A stretch of DNA of 64,000 nucleotides from the human T2T-CHM13v2.0 reference genome, Homo sapiens, in NCBI RefSeq assembly GCF_009914755.1, contig NC_060932.1. One strand, written 5' to 3'. The position numbers were made by a program, and so were the translations under genes. The first letter of the stretch is position 1. Each line of letters opens with the position of its first letter. Of the stretch, positions 1-14,651 are shown in pieces. The notes under the pieces are model-generated. The model worked only from the letters and a program-made list of their open reading frames with translations. It was not told the origin of the DNA and did not search any database.

Positions 1-547
1 GACCATTCCACTCGTGATGGGCTATTGCTGTTAGTTTTGTGCTGAGCACTAGAGGGTGATGATAATTTCGTGTTTGTCCTTGTTTTTTTCTATCATAACA
101 GCTCTTGGATAAATAATCAACCTGAGGATTTTATCAACTACTAAGTATGTCCATGATGATTTCTTTTGAGAACCATGAAAATTTCTACTGGGAGAGTTTG
201 TAGCCCTAGTTGACTCACTGCAGTAGATTATATTGTTTACCAAATATCGCAGCTCTCTCCCTGTGATATATCTTCCTGCAAGGTGGTTTTTTTCTTCCCC
301 ATTCTGTTGGTTTTATGATGGTCATAGGCTGTGCATCGAATAATTAAATGTGAGCAGAAGTGACGTGTGTCCTCATCTCTTTCTCCTTTCTGCCACAGAA
401 GCAGCCATATTTCCCATAGAGATTTTCCCATCAGCCCTCTCCTGTTTTGAAGACTATATGAAACAGAGGTGAGGCTGAACTATGATATATAAGTAGCATG
501 ACTCAAAAATAAATCTTGTTTATTCTGAAGTTGTTGGTACAATGTAA

Positions 548-976
<429 letters not shown>

Positions 977-3185
977 TAGGTGCTCAATGAAAATATTATT
1001 AAATGACAAGTGAAAGCAACATATCCATTTATTAATATTACCTTCGTTTGAAAATCCATAAGTATGTCTGCATTTTGAAAAATTACTAAGCTTTATCTTT
1101 TAATCTTTTACAAATAATGGTAAATAACACAGATTTTATATGGCCAACATTTAATACATGCATGTTGATTTTCTAAAGACATCCATTTCTTCACCTTCCT
1201 GTCTCTCATAGCATCTGTTAATGTATCCCAATAGACTTGAAATTTCTCAAGAAAAGGAATCATTTTGTTTGCTTATTTATTTCCCTGAAATCTAGTTTAT
1301 TCCTGCCACATTTGCCACACATGTACACATTTAATATATACTTGTTAAATGACTGACAAAATGAGTGGTTACAAAGAAATATACTTCCCATGGGTATATT
1401 TCAGGCTGACAATCATGAAGTTATCCAGACATAGGCGGGCATTTTTATTTCAGATAGTACCCTTTTGTCCACCCTAACCAAGCTAACCAACGATCATCTA
1501 TTTATTTCATAGTGTCAGTTGTGTTCATAATATTGAGTATTGATTGACTGTGGTTTTATTAATAAAGTGTACCATGTAGAATATAGAAGAATAAGATAAT
1601 TTTGGCTGGAAAAATGTTGTTCTTGCTTGTTGATGTTGTTGTATGTGTATGTATGTCTCTTTCTACTTAATCGATAAACATTGCCCAAAATGGGAAACTG
1701 CAATTGGTGTAATTTTGATGATTAATCTCTGCTAAATTTAATTATATGAAATGCCAGTTATGAGTGAATTTACTCACATTTATAAAACTTGTGGGGTCCA
1801 TATGGGTGAACAGATTGCTTTATTCACAGGTTGTCCCATGTGGGGGGTATAGCCAGAGATAAATATCCCTACCTTTCTGTCCTTGATGTCAGCAAGAATC
1901 AGCTTGCAGCAGTCAGTGCTTGTGGTAATTTGGAGCTAGCCATATGAACATCAATTACTAAGACGTACCTGGCCTGGACAAGGAATTGCTTCTAACCTGC
2001 CTCTTTGCCTGCCGCCTCTCTAATCTTTCTTCATTTTACTGCCAGATTCACATTTCCAAATCACAATTTTTATCAGGTTATTTCCCACCTTCAGTAGCTT
2101 CACTTTGTCTACAAAAATCCAAGCACCTTGGACCGATATTCAAGGTTTTCTGCTAGTCTCACTTCAACTACTCTTCCAGGCTGAATCATTACCTCTTATC
2201 TCCATGGATGTAGGGTTGCAGCTGAACTTGATCATTCAATATCATCTTTGCACCTGATTCTTTTCTGCCTCCTCTTACTTGCCCAAGTCATTATCTCTGT
2301 TTGAAAGCACTTTCTGTGTTCTTCACAGTCATTTAGTTGGTACATATTTATTGAGTATTGGACTATGGGTAAGGCCTTGTCCTCTCCACCAGCGATACAG
2401 CAATTAAAACAGCCTAGGGACCTGTTATCTTGAAGCTGATGAAACAACATATTGTATTTCAAAAATCCTTATAAATTTCCTCATCGGAATATTTAGTCTT
2501 ACAGTTTGTTCAACTGGAAGAATTCTCTCCTTCTTCTAAAAAATTTTAGTGCTTACTATATCTCCCTAATTGTTTGTGCCTGTCAAGGACAACCATATAC
2601 ATACTCCTGTATATTTCCACACTCAAGCCTGGTTCCTGGAACATGGGACATCTCAAAAACATTTGTTCTTATTATTTTTTAAATGATTGAAAAAAGGAAC
2701 CAATACCAGACATATTTTGAGTGTTTACTGTGTACCAAGTATTGTGCAATGTACTTAAAATATATCATCTCTCACCTCCACAAGAGCCTGACATGGCACA
2801 TGCATTTCTTACAACTTTCTTAATGAGAAACTATTAATGAAAAGTTAAGACAGGCAGTATGTAATTTGTTGAAAGAATGGAACATTTTTTGATTAAATAG
2901 TACTCAGCTCCTCTCTTTAACATAGAACTAATCTGTGACCAGATGCTGCGCTTACGGAGTCAATTGTGTTCATGATGACGTATTTGATCCTAGTTTTATT
3001 GATTTAGTGGATCATGTAGAGTAATGTAGGCTAATTCTGGTTTGAGAGAATTTTGGCTACAAAGTTATTATGGCTGAAGTGGGATCAAACTCATGTCTAT
3101 TTTATGGCAGAGCTCACACATTTTTTTTTTCTATACCACTCTGCTGAGTAAGTGAAATAGTGGAAAAGTACTCAGAGGTATTCAC

Positions 3186-3650
3186 TGCAGTAGATGCTGT
3201 TGGTGCCTTGCCCATATCCCCTAAGCAAACACCTCTAAACTCTGAAGTCTCTTTATTCCATACGGCTATGGGGATTTTATCTGGCCGTGACAGCAATGAC
3301 AAGCCACATTTGTTGGAGGGTTAGTGTCTTCAAGATCCATCCTCAACCACTACCAGGCAAGGAATTAATGTGTAAATGCCCTAGTGCCCTCCCGCCTTGG
3401 TGGGGATAATGAAGAAGTATGTTCTACACTATATCCCTCATTTATTTAGTGAAATTACGCTCTGGTATCCTATAGGAGCAACTTGCTTAATAATGCACCT
3501 TGTATTGAATTGTTTTGCTTCCCTATGTCACTTTTTGATTCCCACCCGTATTTCTTGGAATTCTTCCCCAACTCCACAACCAAAAATATGTACTATTTGC
3601 ATTCCAGGTCTTGTCTAGATCTGCTTCTGGGACAACCCAGACCAAAACAC
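3186..3650 (+). mobile_element. LTR16-family solo LTR (ERV-L class)
   Basis: Start GATGCTGTTGGTGCCTTGCCCATATCCCC and end TCTGCTTCTGGGACAACCCAGACCAAAACA resemble LTR16 termini; diverged. Confidence 0.65.
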
Positions 3651-4158
3651 CTTTCTGATTTCTAGTTGTCAGTGGCTGTCTTGTCACCCCAGCCTGCTGT
3701 CTGCTGCCAGAATCCCTGTCTGCTGCTCATTTTAGGATCCAGAGGTCTGTCACCAATGAGCTTGCTACTGCTTGGCTCTGATTTTTAGCTCTCAGCCAGT
3801 GGGTAGTGATGTAAGAAGTTTCTTTCCTACTCATGGCTATGATTTTGGAAATGTTTGCCACCCTCCTCCTAGGGTCAGTCGTGCCAGGCTGAGTTGAGCT
3901 TCAGAGAACCCACAGGAGCCTGGTGAGGCAGGCGACTTTTCTGGCTACCTTTCTTATATGTGGCCAGCCTGCCTCCTTCCTAGGACCATAATTTTATTTT
4001 CTCAATTCTGTTCTCTTTTTTCTTTAAATATAGACAATTTTTATTTGACAATTTTTAAAATAAAAAATTTTGAGAATGGGAGAAGGGGGTGAAAGTACAA
4101 AGCAATTAACATAAAAATCATAAAAAAATACTCAATATATGACAAACAGAACTAATCA

Positions 4159-4348
4159 GTAAAGACATACTGTATGTCTTTACAGTACGTATACACATAC
4201 TGTATGTCTTTACAGTATGTATACACATATGGTATGTCTTTACAGTATGTATACACATATGGTATGTCTTTACGTATACACATACTGTATGTCTTTACAG
4301 TAGTATACACATACTGTATGTCTTTACAGTACGTATACACATACTGTA
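4159..4348. repeat. 30-bp minisatellite, about 6 copies
   Basis: Unit TGTATGTCTTTACAGTACGTATACACATAC repeated with small indels; explains the periodic ORFs 4152-4340 and 4174-4380. Confidence 0.95.
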
Positions 4349-4704
4349 CAGAAAAACTTGGAAATCACAGGAAGAAATAATTCAAAGCTGTTGAAACTGG
4401 AGACTGAATTTGGATGGGCTGTCGCTGTTTTTTATTATCATCACCTTTTTGTATTATTTAATTTATTTAAAAAAGTGTATGTATACATTTAATAAAATTT
4501 CTGTAAAGTAGTTGTTAAGAAATCAAACCTTGTATATTTATTAAATCATTATCCTATTTGACATAAAAAGTAGCCTGTATTAAATATAAGTTATTTACAT
4601 GTTTATACACATACAAATTCACACACAGACACACACACACACTTTTAATTTTTAAACAAATAAATTATATACTTTTTTTAAAAAAGTCATAGATTCAGGC
4701 CTGA

Positions 4705-5095
<391 letters not shown>

Positions 5096-5469
5096 AGTAA
5101 TCCTATGACTTTTTGATGAGGAGACTTAACCCTGACCCTCCCAGGCCTTTGCTGGGGAATCTGAGCCTGCTTCTGTCTTTCCAAGTATTACCTTGGTCAG
5201 ACTTAAAGACCCTGTGAGGGAATAAAGTCACATCCAAACCTAACTTACAGAATGGAATCCAAAAATGTGTTCTCTGGGTAGAAGAGTTTGCCATTACCTT
5301 GCCTTGGTGTCTTGGTCTCCACGACTTACAAATATGAGCCATTTTTTTCTGTTTAGTTTATTTTTGCTGACTTCTTCTCTGATGAATATCATGTACCTCA
5401 TTTCAATTGATACTAATTAGCTTGCTCCTTGCTCTGAGAAGCAATATAATAAAATGTTCTGCAATCAGA

Positions 5470-5670
5470 TTTGAGCTTAAATTATATTAATTTCCCTTAT
5501 CAGATATTTGACCTTGAGCAAGCAACTTAGACGTTTGGATCCCCAGTTGCTTTATATCATATTGGAGGTAGCTTCAAAGACCCCAAAGTGCATTGTAAGG
5601 ATAAGGAGTATATTTTGCACATTTTTGTTAATACTTGTTGACTATTTAGTAATTGGGAGCTGTTATTTAG
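5470..5670 (+). mobile_element. MIR fragment
   Basis: TGACCTTGAGCAAGCAACTTA core and GTAAGGATAAG segment resemble MIR consensus. Confidence 0.55.
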
Positions 5671-6249
5671 TTATATGTCTGTTTTTGGCATTTCAATTTT
5701 GATTTTTGCTTTATATTTAAGCATTTTTTAATAATACAGAGAGATTCGAATCTTTCCTTGGTAATAGTAACAACTTAGGCTTTAGATCAACATTCATGGA
5801 AGATGTAAGTAAGACCCTAGTTCGGAGCAGCCTTGAGATGATTTCAGAGGTCAGAAGCACAATCATTTTCACCTTTGACACAGCTGAACAGTGAGTAATG
5901 ACTGACTTAAGGTGGCTTGCTGGGAGGCCATCATAAAAATTATGGAGTTGTCAGTGGCAGTGATTTGGGTTACATCCTTACTTTGGTAATTGTTTATTGT
6001 GCCAACCTTGTGTGATCTTCAGATACTCAGTTGGGAGCATCCATCATCTGACATCATCTGACATCATCCTGTGCTATGAAAGCATGTAATCTAATACCCT
6101 CATCCTGTCCCTGAACACTGACACTCATCACAACTCTATTTTTTCCCAGAAAACAAGTTGTATTTTTGTGCCATAGCACTGGATACTTTATTTTTAATTG
6201 TAACATTTTCTAAAAGATTAAAATCCTACTTGCAAGATATATTAACAAT

Positions 6250-6470
6250 GGATTTGGAGCAAATGACTTTGGTTTGAATATCTTTTTTTTTTTTTTGCCT
6301 TGAATATCTTTTCTGCCTCTCACTCACTGCATAACTTTAGCAATTCACTTACCCCCTTAGTTTCTATTCCCTCAACTATGGTACTTGCTTTGCATATGAT
6401 ATAGTGTTATTATGAGTGATAAATGGAGCATTCATGACAAAAGCACTTTGTGAACTACAGTTACAATAAG
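6250..6470 (+). mobile_element. MIR fragment
   Basis: GGTTTGAAT...TCTGCCTCTCAC...ACTTTAGCAATTCACTTACC...AAAAGCACTTTGTGAACT MIR-like blocks. Confidence 0.55.
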
Positions 6471-7129
6471 AGAAGGAACAGAAAGAGAAGGGGGAGAAAA
6501 TAATGAGGAGGGAAATGAATAAGATTGACAAATGTCAGATTCCTCCCTTTTCAGTGTTCTTTTAACTTCAGGACTAAACTAACTTCCATCAGAGAGGTAG
6601 ATAGTTTATTTAATTTTTAGATTTACCTTGCACAAATTCCAAATTTGCTATGTCTATTTCTACTGCAATTGGATTTATGGGAAGCAGCACAGGTGTAGAA
6701 TTTCTTCCTATTCCATGTGTCCTGTAGATTCATTGTTTGCTCCTAGCTAAAAATAAGCTCCATTTACATTTTGTATGAAGAAAAGTAAGAATAATACTCT
6801 AAAAGCAATTGATAGATGGTTCTACTTGAAGTAACACTCTTCTAAGCAGACAGTAATGGATACTGTTAAATGAGTAGAAGCTCTCATTATTGTCATCAGT
6901 GCCTGTTCATAATCAGATTGTGAAAAATGTGATTTAGCTAAAATGCATAGGAGTAATGTCAGAATATCTGGGATGTAAGACCAAGCCCCTAAAGTTCTTA
7001 TGAATTTGATTTTGAGTCACCCTCTATCATTGATATAAAATTATATCTGGGAACCTAAGAGAAAAGCCCCTCCAAGAGTATAGCAGCAAGATTTGGGATT
7101 ACTAGGTCAATGTATGTAGATGAATATTT

Positions 7130-7526
<397 letters not shown>

Positions 7527-7699
7527 TATCCATGCTAGAATCTGTGTATCAGTATATCATTGTGGATTGAATTTGTAATTCTCTAATAAATATTAATAAT
7601 AATGAGCATCTTTTATTGTGCTATTTGCTATTTACATATCTTTTCCAGTGACCTGTTTTCAACTGTTTACAGACTCAACATTATTCCTAAATACTCAGT

Positions 7700-8297
7700 T
7701 CAACTACTGTGGAAAGCAGTTTGGAAATGTCTCAAATAATTTAAAACAGAGCTACCATTCAACCCAGCAGTCCCATTACTGGGTATATGCCAAAGGGAAA
7801 TTAGCTCACCATACTAAAAAGACACATGCACTCTTATGCTTATTGCTGCACTATGCATAATAGCAAAGACATGGAATAAATATGGAAGCCCATCAACGAT
7901 GAATTGGAAAAAGAAAATGTGGTAAATATACACTGTGGAATACTGCCCAACTGTAATAAAGAATAAAATCATGTCTTTCACATCAACATGGATAGAGCCA
8001 GAGACCATAATTCTAAGTGAATTAACACAGGAGAAGAAAACAAAGTACTGCATGTTCTCGCTAATGAAGTATTGCATGTTTTCACGTGTAAATGATAACC
8101 AAACATTGAGCACCCATGGACATAAACATAGAGACAATAGACACACTGCAAACTACTAGAGGGGAGAAGGAGAGAGGCGTGTCATAAGTTGAAAAACTAC
8201 CTATTTAGGTACTACGCTTACTATCTAAGTGCAATATATCTAAGTTACAAATCTGTACATTTACCTCCTGTGTCTAAAATAAAAATTGAGAAACAAA
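7700..8297 (+). mobile_element. L1 3' end (L1PB / old L1PA type), 5'-truncated
   Basis: ORF 7935-8159 translates as L1 ORF2 C-terminus (MEYC..IKNKIMSF..TWIEPETIILSELTQEKKTKYCMFSL); L1 3'UTR ending in AATAAA. Confidence 0.9.
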
Positions 8298-8589
8298 TCC
8301 CACCAAAACATTTTTAGATGTGTAATGGAGAAATCAGAGAAAGTTCCTCCGCAATCCTAGGACTAACATTAAGCAGACAGCAGTAGTGGTCTACTATTGG
8401 AGTCACGTAAGCTTGTGCTGTCCTAAATATAAGTAAAGCATCAATAATGCATTCAGCTTATTGATATACTAGATTCATCCAAACCCCCTCACTAACTATA
8501 TGGTGTAAAAAGAGGAATTTTCTTTTCTTGGAGGAAATATTTCCCTCAGTCTTACTGTTCTTGACATATAATTTTTGACATTCAAATTT

Positions 8590-10330
8590 TTAAAAAAGAC
8601 AAAAAAGCAAGAAAATATGACACCTCATCAAAAGACAAAATAATCAATAGAACCAGACCCAGAGATGAGACTGTACAAATTTGTTAGTCAAGTAATTTAA
8701 AGTAACTATAATAAAAATTGAAAGGTAGAAGACATATTTGAACAGGTGGGTTACTTCAGCAGAAAGACAGAGACTAGGAAAAAGAGAACCAAATGAAATT
8801 GCCAGATATAAAATCATGCTATCTGAGATGAAGAATTATTTTAATGGGATAATCAGCATACTGAATAAAGCAATATAAATAATTAGTGAACATTAAGATT
8901 AGCTAATAGAAATTATCCAAACAGAAATAAAAAGTAAAAAGTATAAAGAAAAATGACAGCACATTTGAGATCTGTGAGGAAATATTAAATTTTCCAAAAC
9001 ATGTGTAATTGCAGTCCCAGAAGGAGTTAAAAGAGAGGAAGGATCAATAGAAAGCATAGAGGAATAGAGGATATAGTAGTCAATACTAACATGAAATTAA
9101 TTTAAAAAAACCCCACAGATCCAAGCTCAGAATATTCTAATAAGCATAAAAAAACACAAAAGCAAAAAAAAACACAAACTTGGGCATGTCATGGTTTGAA
9201 ACACCCGAAATCAAAAGAAAATGAGAAAACCTTAAAAGCATTCAGAAAATAAAAATGGAAAAATTTCCCAGTATATGAAACATGATAAAGATGAAAATAA
9301 TGTAAGAAATACAAAATTTCATTAATGCTATCAATCTGCTTGACCTATTGAAAATTATGTAATGCTATATCCCACAAAAACAGCATACGCTCTTCTCAAA
9401 TGAACATGGAACATTCACTAAGATAGAGCAGATGGGACAAACAGAAAACAAATAACAAGTGGGTAGTTTTAAACCAAATTATATCAATATCTACATCAAA
9501 CACAAATAATCTGAACACCTGAATTAAAAGGCTTAGATGGTCAAAATAAATTAAAAGCAGTCAACATGTAGTATTTTCTGTTGATCAGAAATCCTTTTTA
9601 AATATACAGACCAAGATTAAAGTGAAATGATGGAAAATAATTACCCACTGGAGAAAGATTAATTATAAGAAAACTGTAATGATTATAACAATATTAGACA
9701 AAATAATTTCAGAATACAAACCAAGATAAGGAAGGATATTTTATAATGACAAAAGAGTCAAAATTATCAGAAAGATATAACAATATTAAATTGTTTACAC
9801 CCAATAACAGAGTTTAAAACATATAAATAAAAATAATGAATATAAAGGAAAAATATAAAGTCTACAACCATAGTTGGAAATTTTGACACAGTAACTAATG
9901 TGTAAGTACAGAGAAATTCAGTAATATAAAAAATTTACATAATGCCATAATTCAGCTTGACTTGATTGATGTTGTTACCACACAATAATAATTAAATGAT
10001 AGTTATTTTTAAGGGAACATGGAATACTCACCAAGGTAGGCGAAATATGAGCAACTCAATAAATCTCATTTAAAATAACTGAAATAATGTAGAGTAAGTT
10101 CTATAGTAATATAATTAAATTAAAAACCAATTTAAAATATCTGGAAAATCTCTAAACCTTTGGAATTTAAAGAAACACACTTCCAATTGAATTGAACAGA
10201 TGAATAATTTTAAATTCCTAGGAAAGAAGAGCTATATAAAATCAATTATCTAAACTTTCACCGTAAGAAGCTAGAAAAGGAAGAATAAATTAAATTACAC
10301 AAGTATAAATTTATGTAGCAGTTAGAAAGA
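8590..10330 (+). mobile_element. Ancient L1M remnant (ORF1 region plus ORF2 endonuclease region)
   Basis: Strong A-rich strand bias; degenerate ORF1 (..GTCCCAGAAGGAG..) and endonuclease motifs (ISI.TLN.NGLN..IKR near 9480; HGTF.KID-like near 9405 and 10015). Confidence 0.8.
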
Positions 10331-10877
10331 ACAAATTACCTTTGGTTATAAAAAGGATAAATGTAAAAAACAAAATAGGAAATTTGCAAGGACCAGTGAA
10401 GCTGAGAGTATGATTAACTGAAATGAAATAAACAAATGAATAAATGCATGGATACAAGGAATAGCATTATCTGGGGACCTGGAAGGGGTGAACAAGGATT
10501 AGCTTTGTTGGGTTTCAAGTTTGTACCTAGAACTTTTATATGGTACTTTGCACAGATAATGTCAGGTTATAACATTTTTTTTAATCCCAGATATAGAACC
10601 TGATAATTAGGGAAATTACGTCTCCTTTAAGTTTACCATGCTGGTAAGCATTTGGGGCAGTGAGTGAAACAAGTTCATTGGGTCCTGAGTCTATACACTT
10701 TCCTAAATATCACTGTGATCAAAAAGCAGCTTTTTGCTTTAGGCAAGAATGTACACAGGTCAGCATCTTTTTCAATCTCTTATATATTTATTTTTAAACA
10801 AATGTTTCACATAGACTAGTCATACGGCAAAATTAATGGCTTAAGCTTTGAAATCAGACAAAAATTTTGAATCCTGA

Positions 10878-10878
<1 letters not shown>

Positions 10879-10912
<34 letters not shown>

Positions 10913-10935
10913 TCTCTCACACACACACACACACA
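10879..10935. repeat. Interrupted (CA)n microsatellite
   Basis: Two CA runs separated by TGTCTCT. Confidence 0.95.
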
Positions 10936-10986
10936 CTTGGAATAAAACAATACATAATCTTTATATCTTATTTTCTTTTAAAATTA

Positions 10987-11343
<357 letters not shown>

Positions 11344-12494
11344 TTAGCTCCTTACTCAAAGATGCTCATTATAATTATATTTAAAGGAGGAAAAAAGATA
11401 AAAATTGGAACTGACTTTAATGCCCAACAATAATATTAAATTAAAAAAATTAGAAGACTTTGGGGATAGGATTAAAACTTTATAAAATATTTATATGTAC
11501 ATCCATATTATATCTATACCCATGTTAACCTCAACCATGCCTATCTCAAACCCTTGGTTTGATCAGAAACTGCACATGATTATTAAATAGCCCTTTCTTT
11601 TATTCAACTGATTGCTTATTCTAACTCTAATATTGCCTCTGTTTTTATAATCCAAGACTTGCCTTGGGTCTCCTGGATTGATTCCTACCATTGGCTCTGG
11701 CCTCCATCCATACATATTCTGGCCATAGTGGTGACAAATCTTGAGTCTCACATGCAGATTTACAAAGTATAAACACTGAGCAGTGAGGTGCCTTTCCCTC
11801 CTTCACCATTACCCTTATTATCTTGGAATAATTGAATAGAATAAAGTCCCTAGAAAGCCTATCACAGACCAAAAAAAAAAAAAAAAAAAAACTTTCTAGT
11901 AGGAGATGAGAGTGGATAACCTAATGGTTCTTTTTTATTTCTTACTGCACATCTCTGTGATAAAAGCAAATGTAATTTTTATATAGTTATGAGAAGGAAA
12001 ATTGAAACAGGGATCATTTTGTAATATTATATCCCCGTGCACTTGTTCCAACTTCCCTCTGCAATTGCTGTTCACCACTCTGGTGTAATTGCATAGGTCA
12101 TTTGTGGAAAAGCATAATTATACCTTAAGGTAATGTTCTCTCATGCATTATTAAGTCATGACTTTTTCTAAAGTGGATGGAGGGAGGGAGCTGGGTGACT
12201 GGAAGAGAAGTCATAGAATTGTGCATCAGACGAAGCATCAAGACCAGGCTAATCTCTTTAGGACTACACCCATGCCTGGAACATCTTCACTAAACATATG
12301 GACCACATTGCATCAAAATTTCTTTATGTGTAATAATCTCTTTAATTAGGTTGAAGACCTCTTGACAGTAGTAACGGGTTATAAATAATCTTTATTTCCG
12401 CAGTACTTAGCATATCACCTGGCACAGAGCACGAAATCAGTGTTTTCTGCTGAGTGAACGTTGAGGAGATTGCCAAGCAAGAAATGTGAACTGG

Positions 12495-12930
<436 letters not shown>

Positions 12931-12939
12931 TTAGGCATA

Positions 12940-13140
12940 GAGACAGAGCTGGTTTGAATAACTCTGCTTTCTTCCAGCTTATGACTTCACCCCTGTGAAT
13001 ATCAGAATCCTAATTTAAAAGAAGGTAGATCACCATATCTATTGATACGGTTAGTGCTAGGTTCAAATGAAATCATGCATCTGAAAGTAGAGAATGCAGT
13101 GCCAGATTCACAGAGGGGCTTAATTATAATGCAAATTATT
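12940..13140 (+). mobile_element. MIR fragment
   Basis: AGACAGAGCTGGTTTGAAT...TTCAAATGAAATCATGCATCTGAAAGT...CAGTGCC. Confidence 0.55.
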
Positions 13141-13432
13141 ATATTTTGCTACAAGGTGCTAGGCATGGTACAGGCTTATTTACAGTCAATGTATCTTCTT
13201 TTTCTCATTTGATGACCATGTATGAATTTAATTCAATGACCCTGACATTAATGGCATGCCAAACGCAGTGCTGGGTTTTTTGGTGCTACAGGCAATGAGA
13301 CAGAGTTAGGTGGGAAAGTTAGGAAAGTAAAGAGCCATGACTCATCACCATCTATCATACCTTGCCTCTGCCAAATTTATAAAACAGGTGAAGTTGGTCT
13401 TTGATGCATTCCACCTTTTATAGTTTAATAGC

Positions 13433-13816
13433 TGATGTGGTTTGGCTGTGTCGCCACCAAAAATCTCATCTTGAATTGTAATTGCTATAATCCCCATAAT
13501 ACCCCTGTCAAGGAAGAAGCCAGGTGGAGGTAACTGATTCATGGGAGGGCTTTCTCCCATGCTGTTCTTGTGCATGATATTGAGTTCTCATGAGATCTGA
13601 TGGGTTTGTAAGCGTTTGATAATTCCTCCTGCTTTCATTCTCCTTCCTGCTACCTTGTGAAGAAGGCTCCTTGCTTCCCCTTTGCCTTCCATCACGATTG
13701 TAAGTTTCCTGAGGCTTCCACAGCCATGCTGAACTGCAAGCCAATTAATCCTCTTTCCTTATAGGTTACCCAGTCTCGGGCGGTTTTTTATAGCAGTATA
13801 CAAATGGACTAATACA
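13433..13816 (+). mobile_element. THE1/MST (MaLR) solo LTR, THE1D-like
   Basis: TGATGTGGTTTGGCTGTGTC start, GGACTAATACA end, 5-bp TSD ATAGC/ATCGC. Confidence 0.9.
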
Positions 13817-14141
13817 ATCGCTTAAAGAAGAAATTATGGTGGCAAATGAATCAGACTTGTGTTAACGGGTTAAAATATTTTAAGTGCCTGTATTAGAGCT
13901 TGACACATAGTAAGTGCTCAGTAAATGTCAGCCATAGTATTATACAGAAAAATGCTACTGACCTCAGTTCCCTTATTTATAAAATTAAATTTGAAAAATT
14001 GAATTATAAATATGGAACTAAACAAAGCAGGAAAGTGGGAGAGAGATTTGTGCGATTTTAATTTTCAACATGATGGCCTAGGAAAACTCTCTGAGGAACT
14101 GACTTAAGCAAAGAACTTAATGAATAAGAGAAGGAAGCAAA

Positions 14142-14149
14142 TCTATCTA

Positions 14150-14192
<43 letters not shown>

Positions 14193-14212
14193 GTCTGTCT
14201 GTCTGTCTGTCT
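14142..14212. repeat. Compound (TCTA)n/(TCTG)n tetranucleotide STR
   Basis: Alternating TCTA and TCTG blocks read directly. Confidence 0.95.
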
Positions 14213-14355
14213 ATATCTGTGGGAAGCCCATTATCTATATCTGTGGAACAACATGTGAGAATACATTGAGCACAGGAATGGATGGTGTCCTTAGAGACAT
14301 CACCCAAGTGACAACACACCATCAGACACACAGTATGTATCCAAAAAACTCAGTA

Positions 14356-14651
14356 TTTTATTTTTTCATTGAGACAGGTTCTTACTCTGTTGTCCAGGCT
14401 GGAGTGCAGTGCTACCATCTCAGCTCACTGCAACCTCCGCCTCGCCACTCACGCCATCCTCCCATTTCCACCTCCCGAGTAGCTGGAACTACAGGTGCAT
14501 GCCACTATACCTGCAAATTTTTGTGTTTTTTGTAGCGATGGGGTTTTGCCATGTTGCTCAGGCTGGTTTCGAACTCCTGAGCTCAAGCCATCCTCTTGCC
14601 TTGGCCTCCCAAAGTGCTAGGATCACAGGCATGAGCTACCACATCCTGACC
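14356..14651 (-). mobile_element. AluJ
   Basis: J-type CTCCTGAGCTCAAGCCATCC; degenerate TSD AAAAAACTCAGTATTTTA / AAAAAATTAAGTATTTTA. Confidence 0.9.

Noticed and set aside
4152-4380. Repeat-protein-like ORFs, or a CRISPR-like array
   Set aside because: A head-to-tail 30-bp minisatellite with no unique spacers, no cas genes, and a primate context
6042-6070. CATCATCTGA repeated about 3 times; similar micro-duplications near 14204-14246, 38350-38392 and 39343-39378
   Set aside because: Ordinary slippage duplications with no further structure
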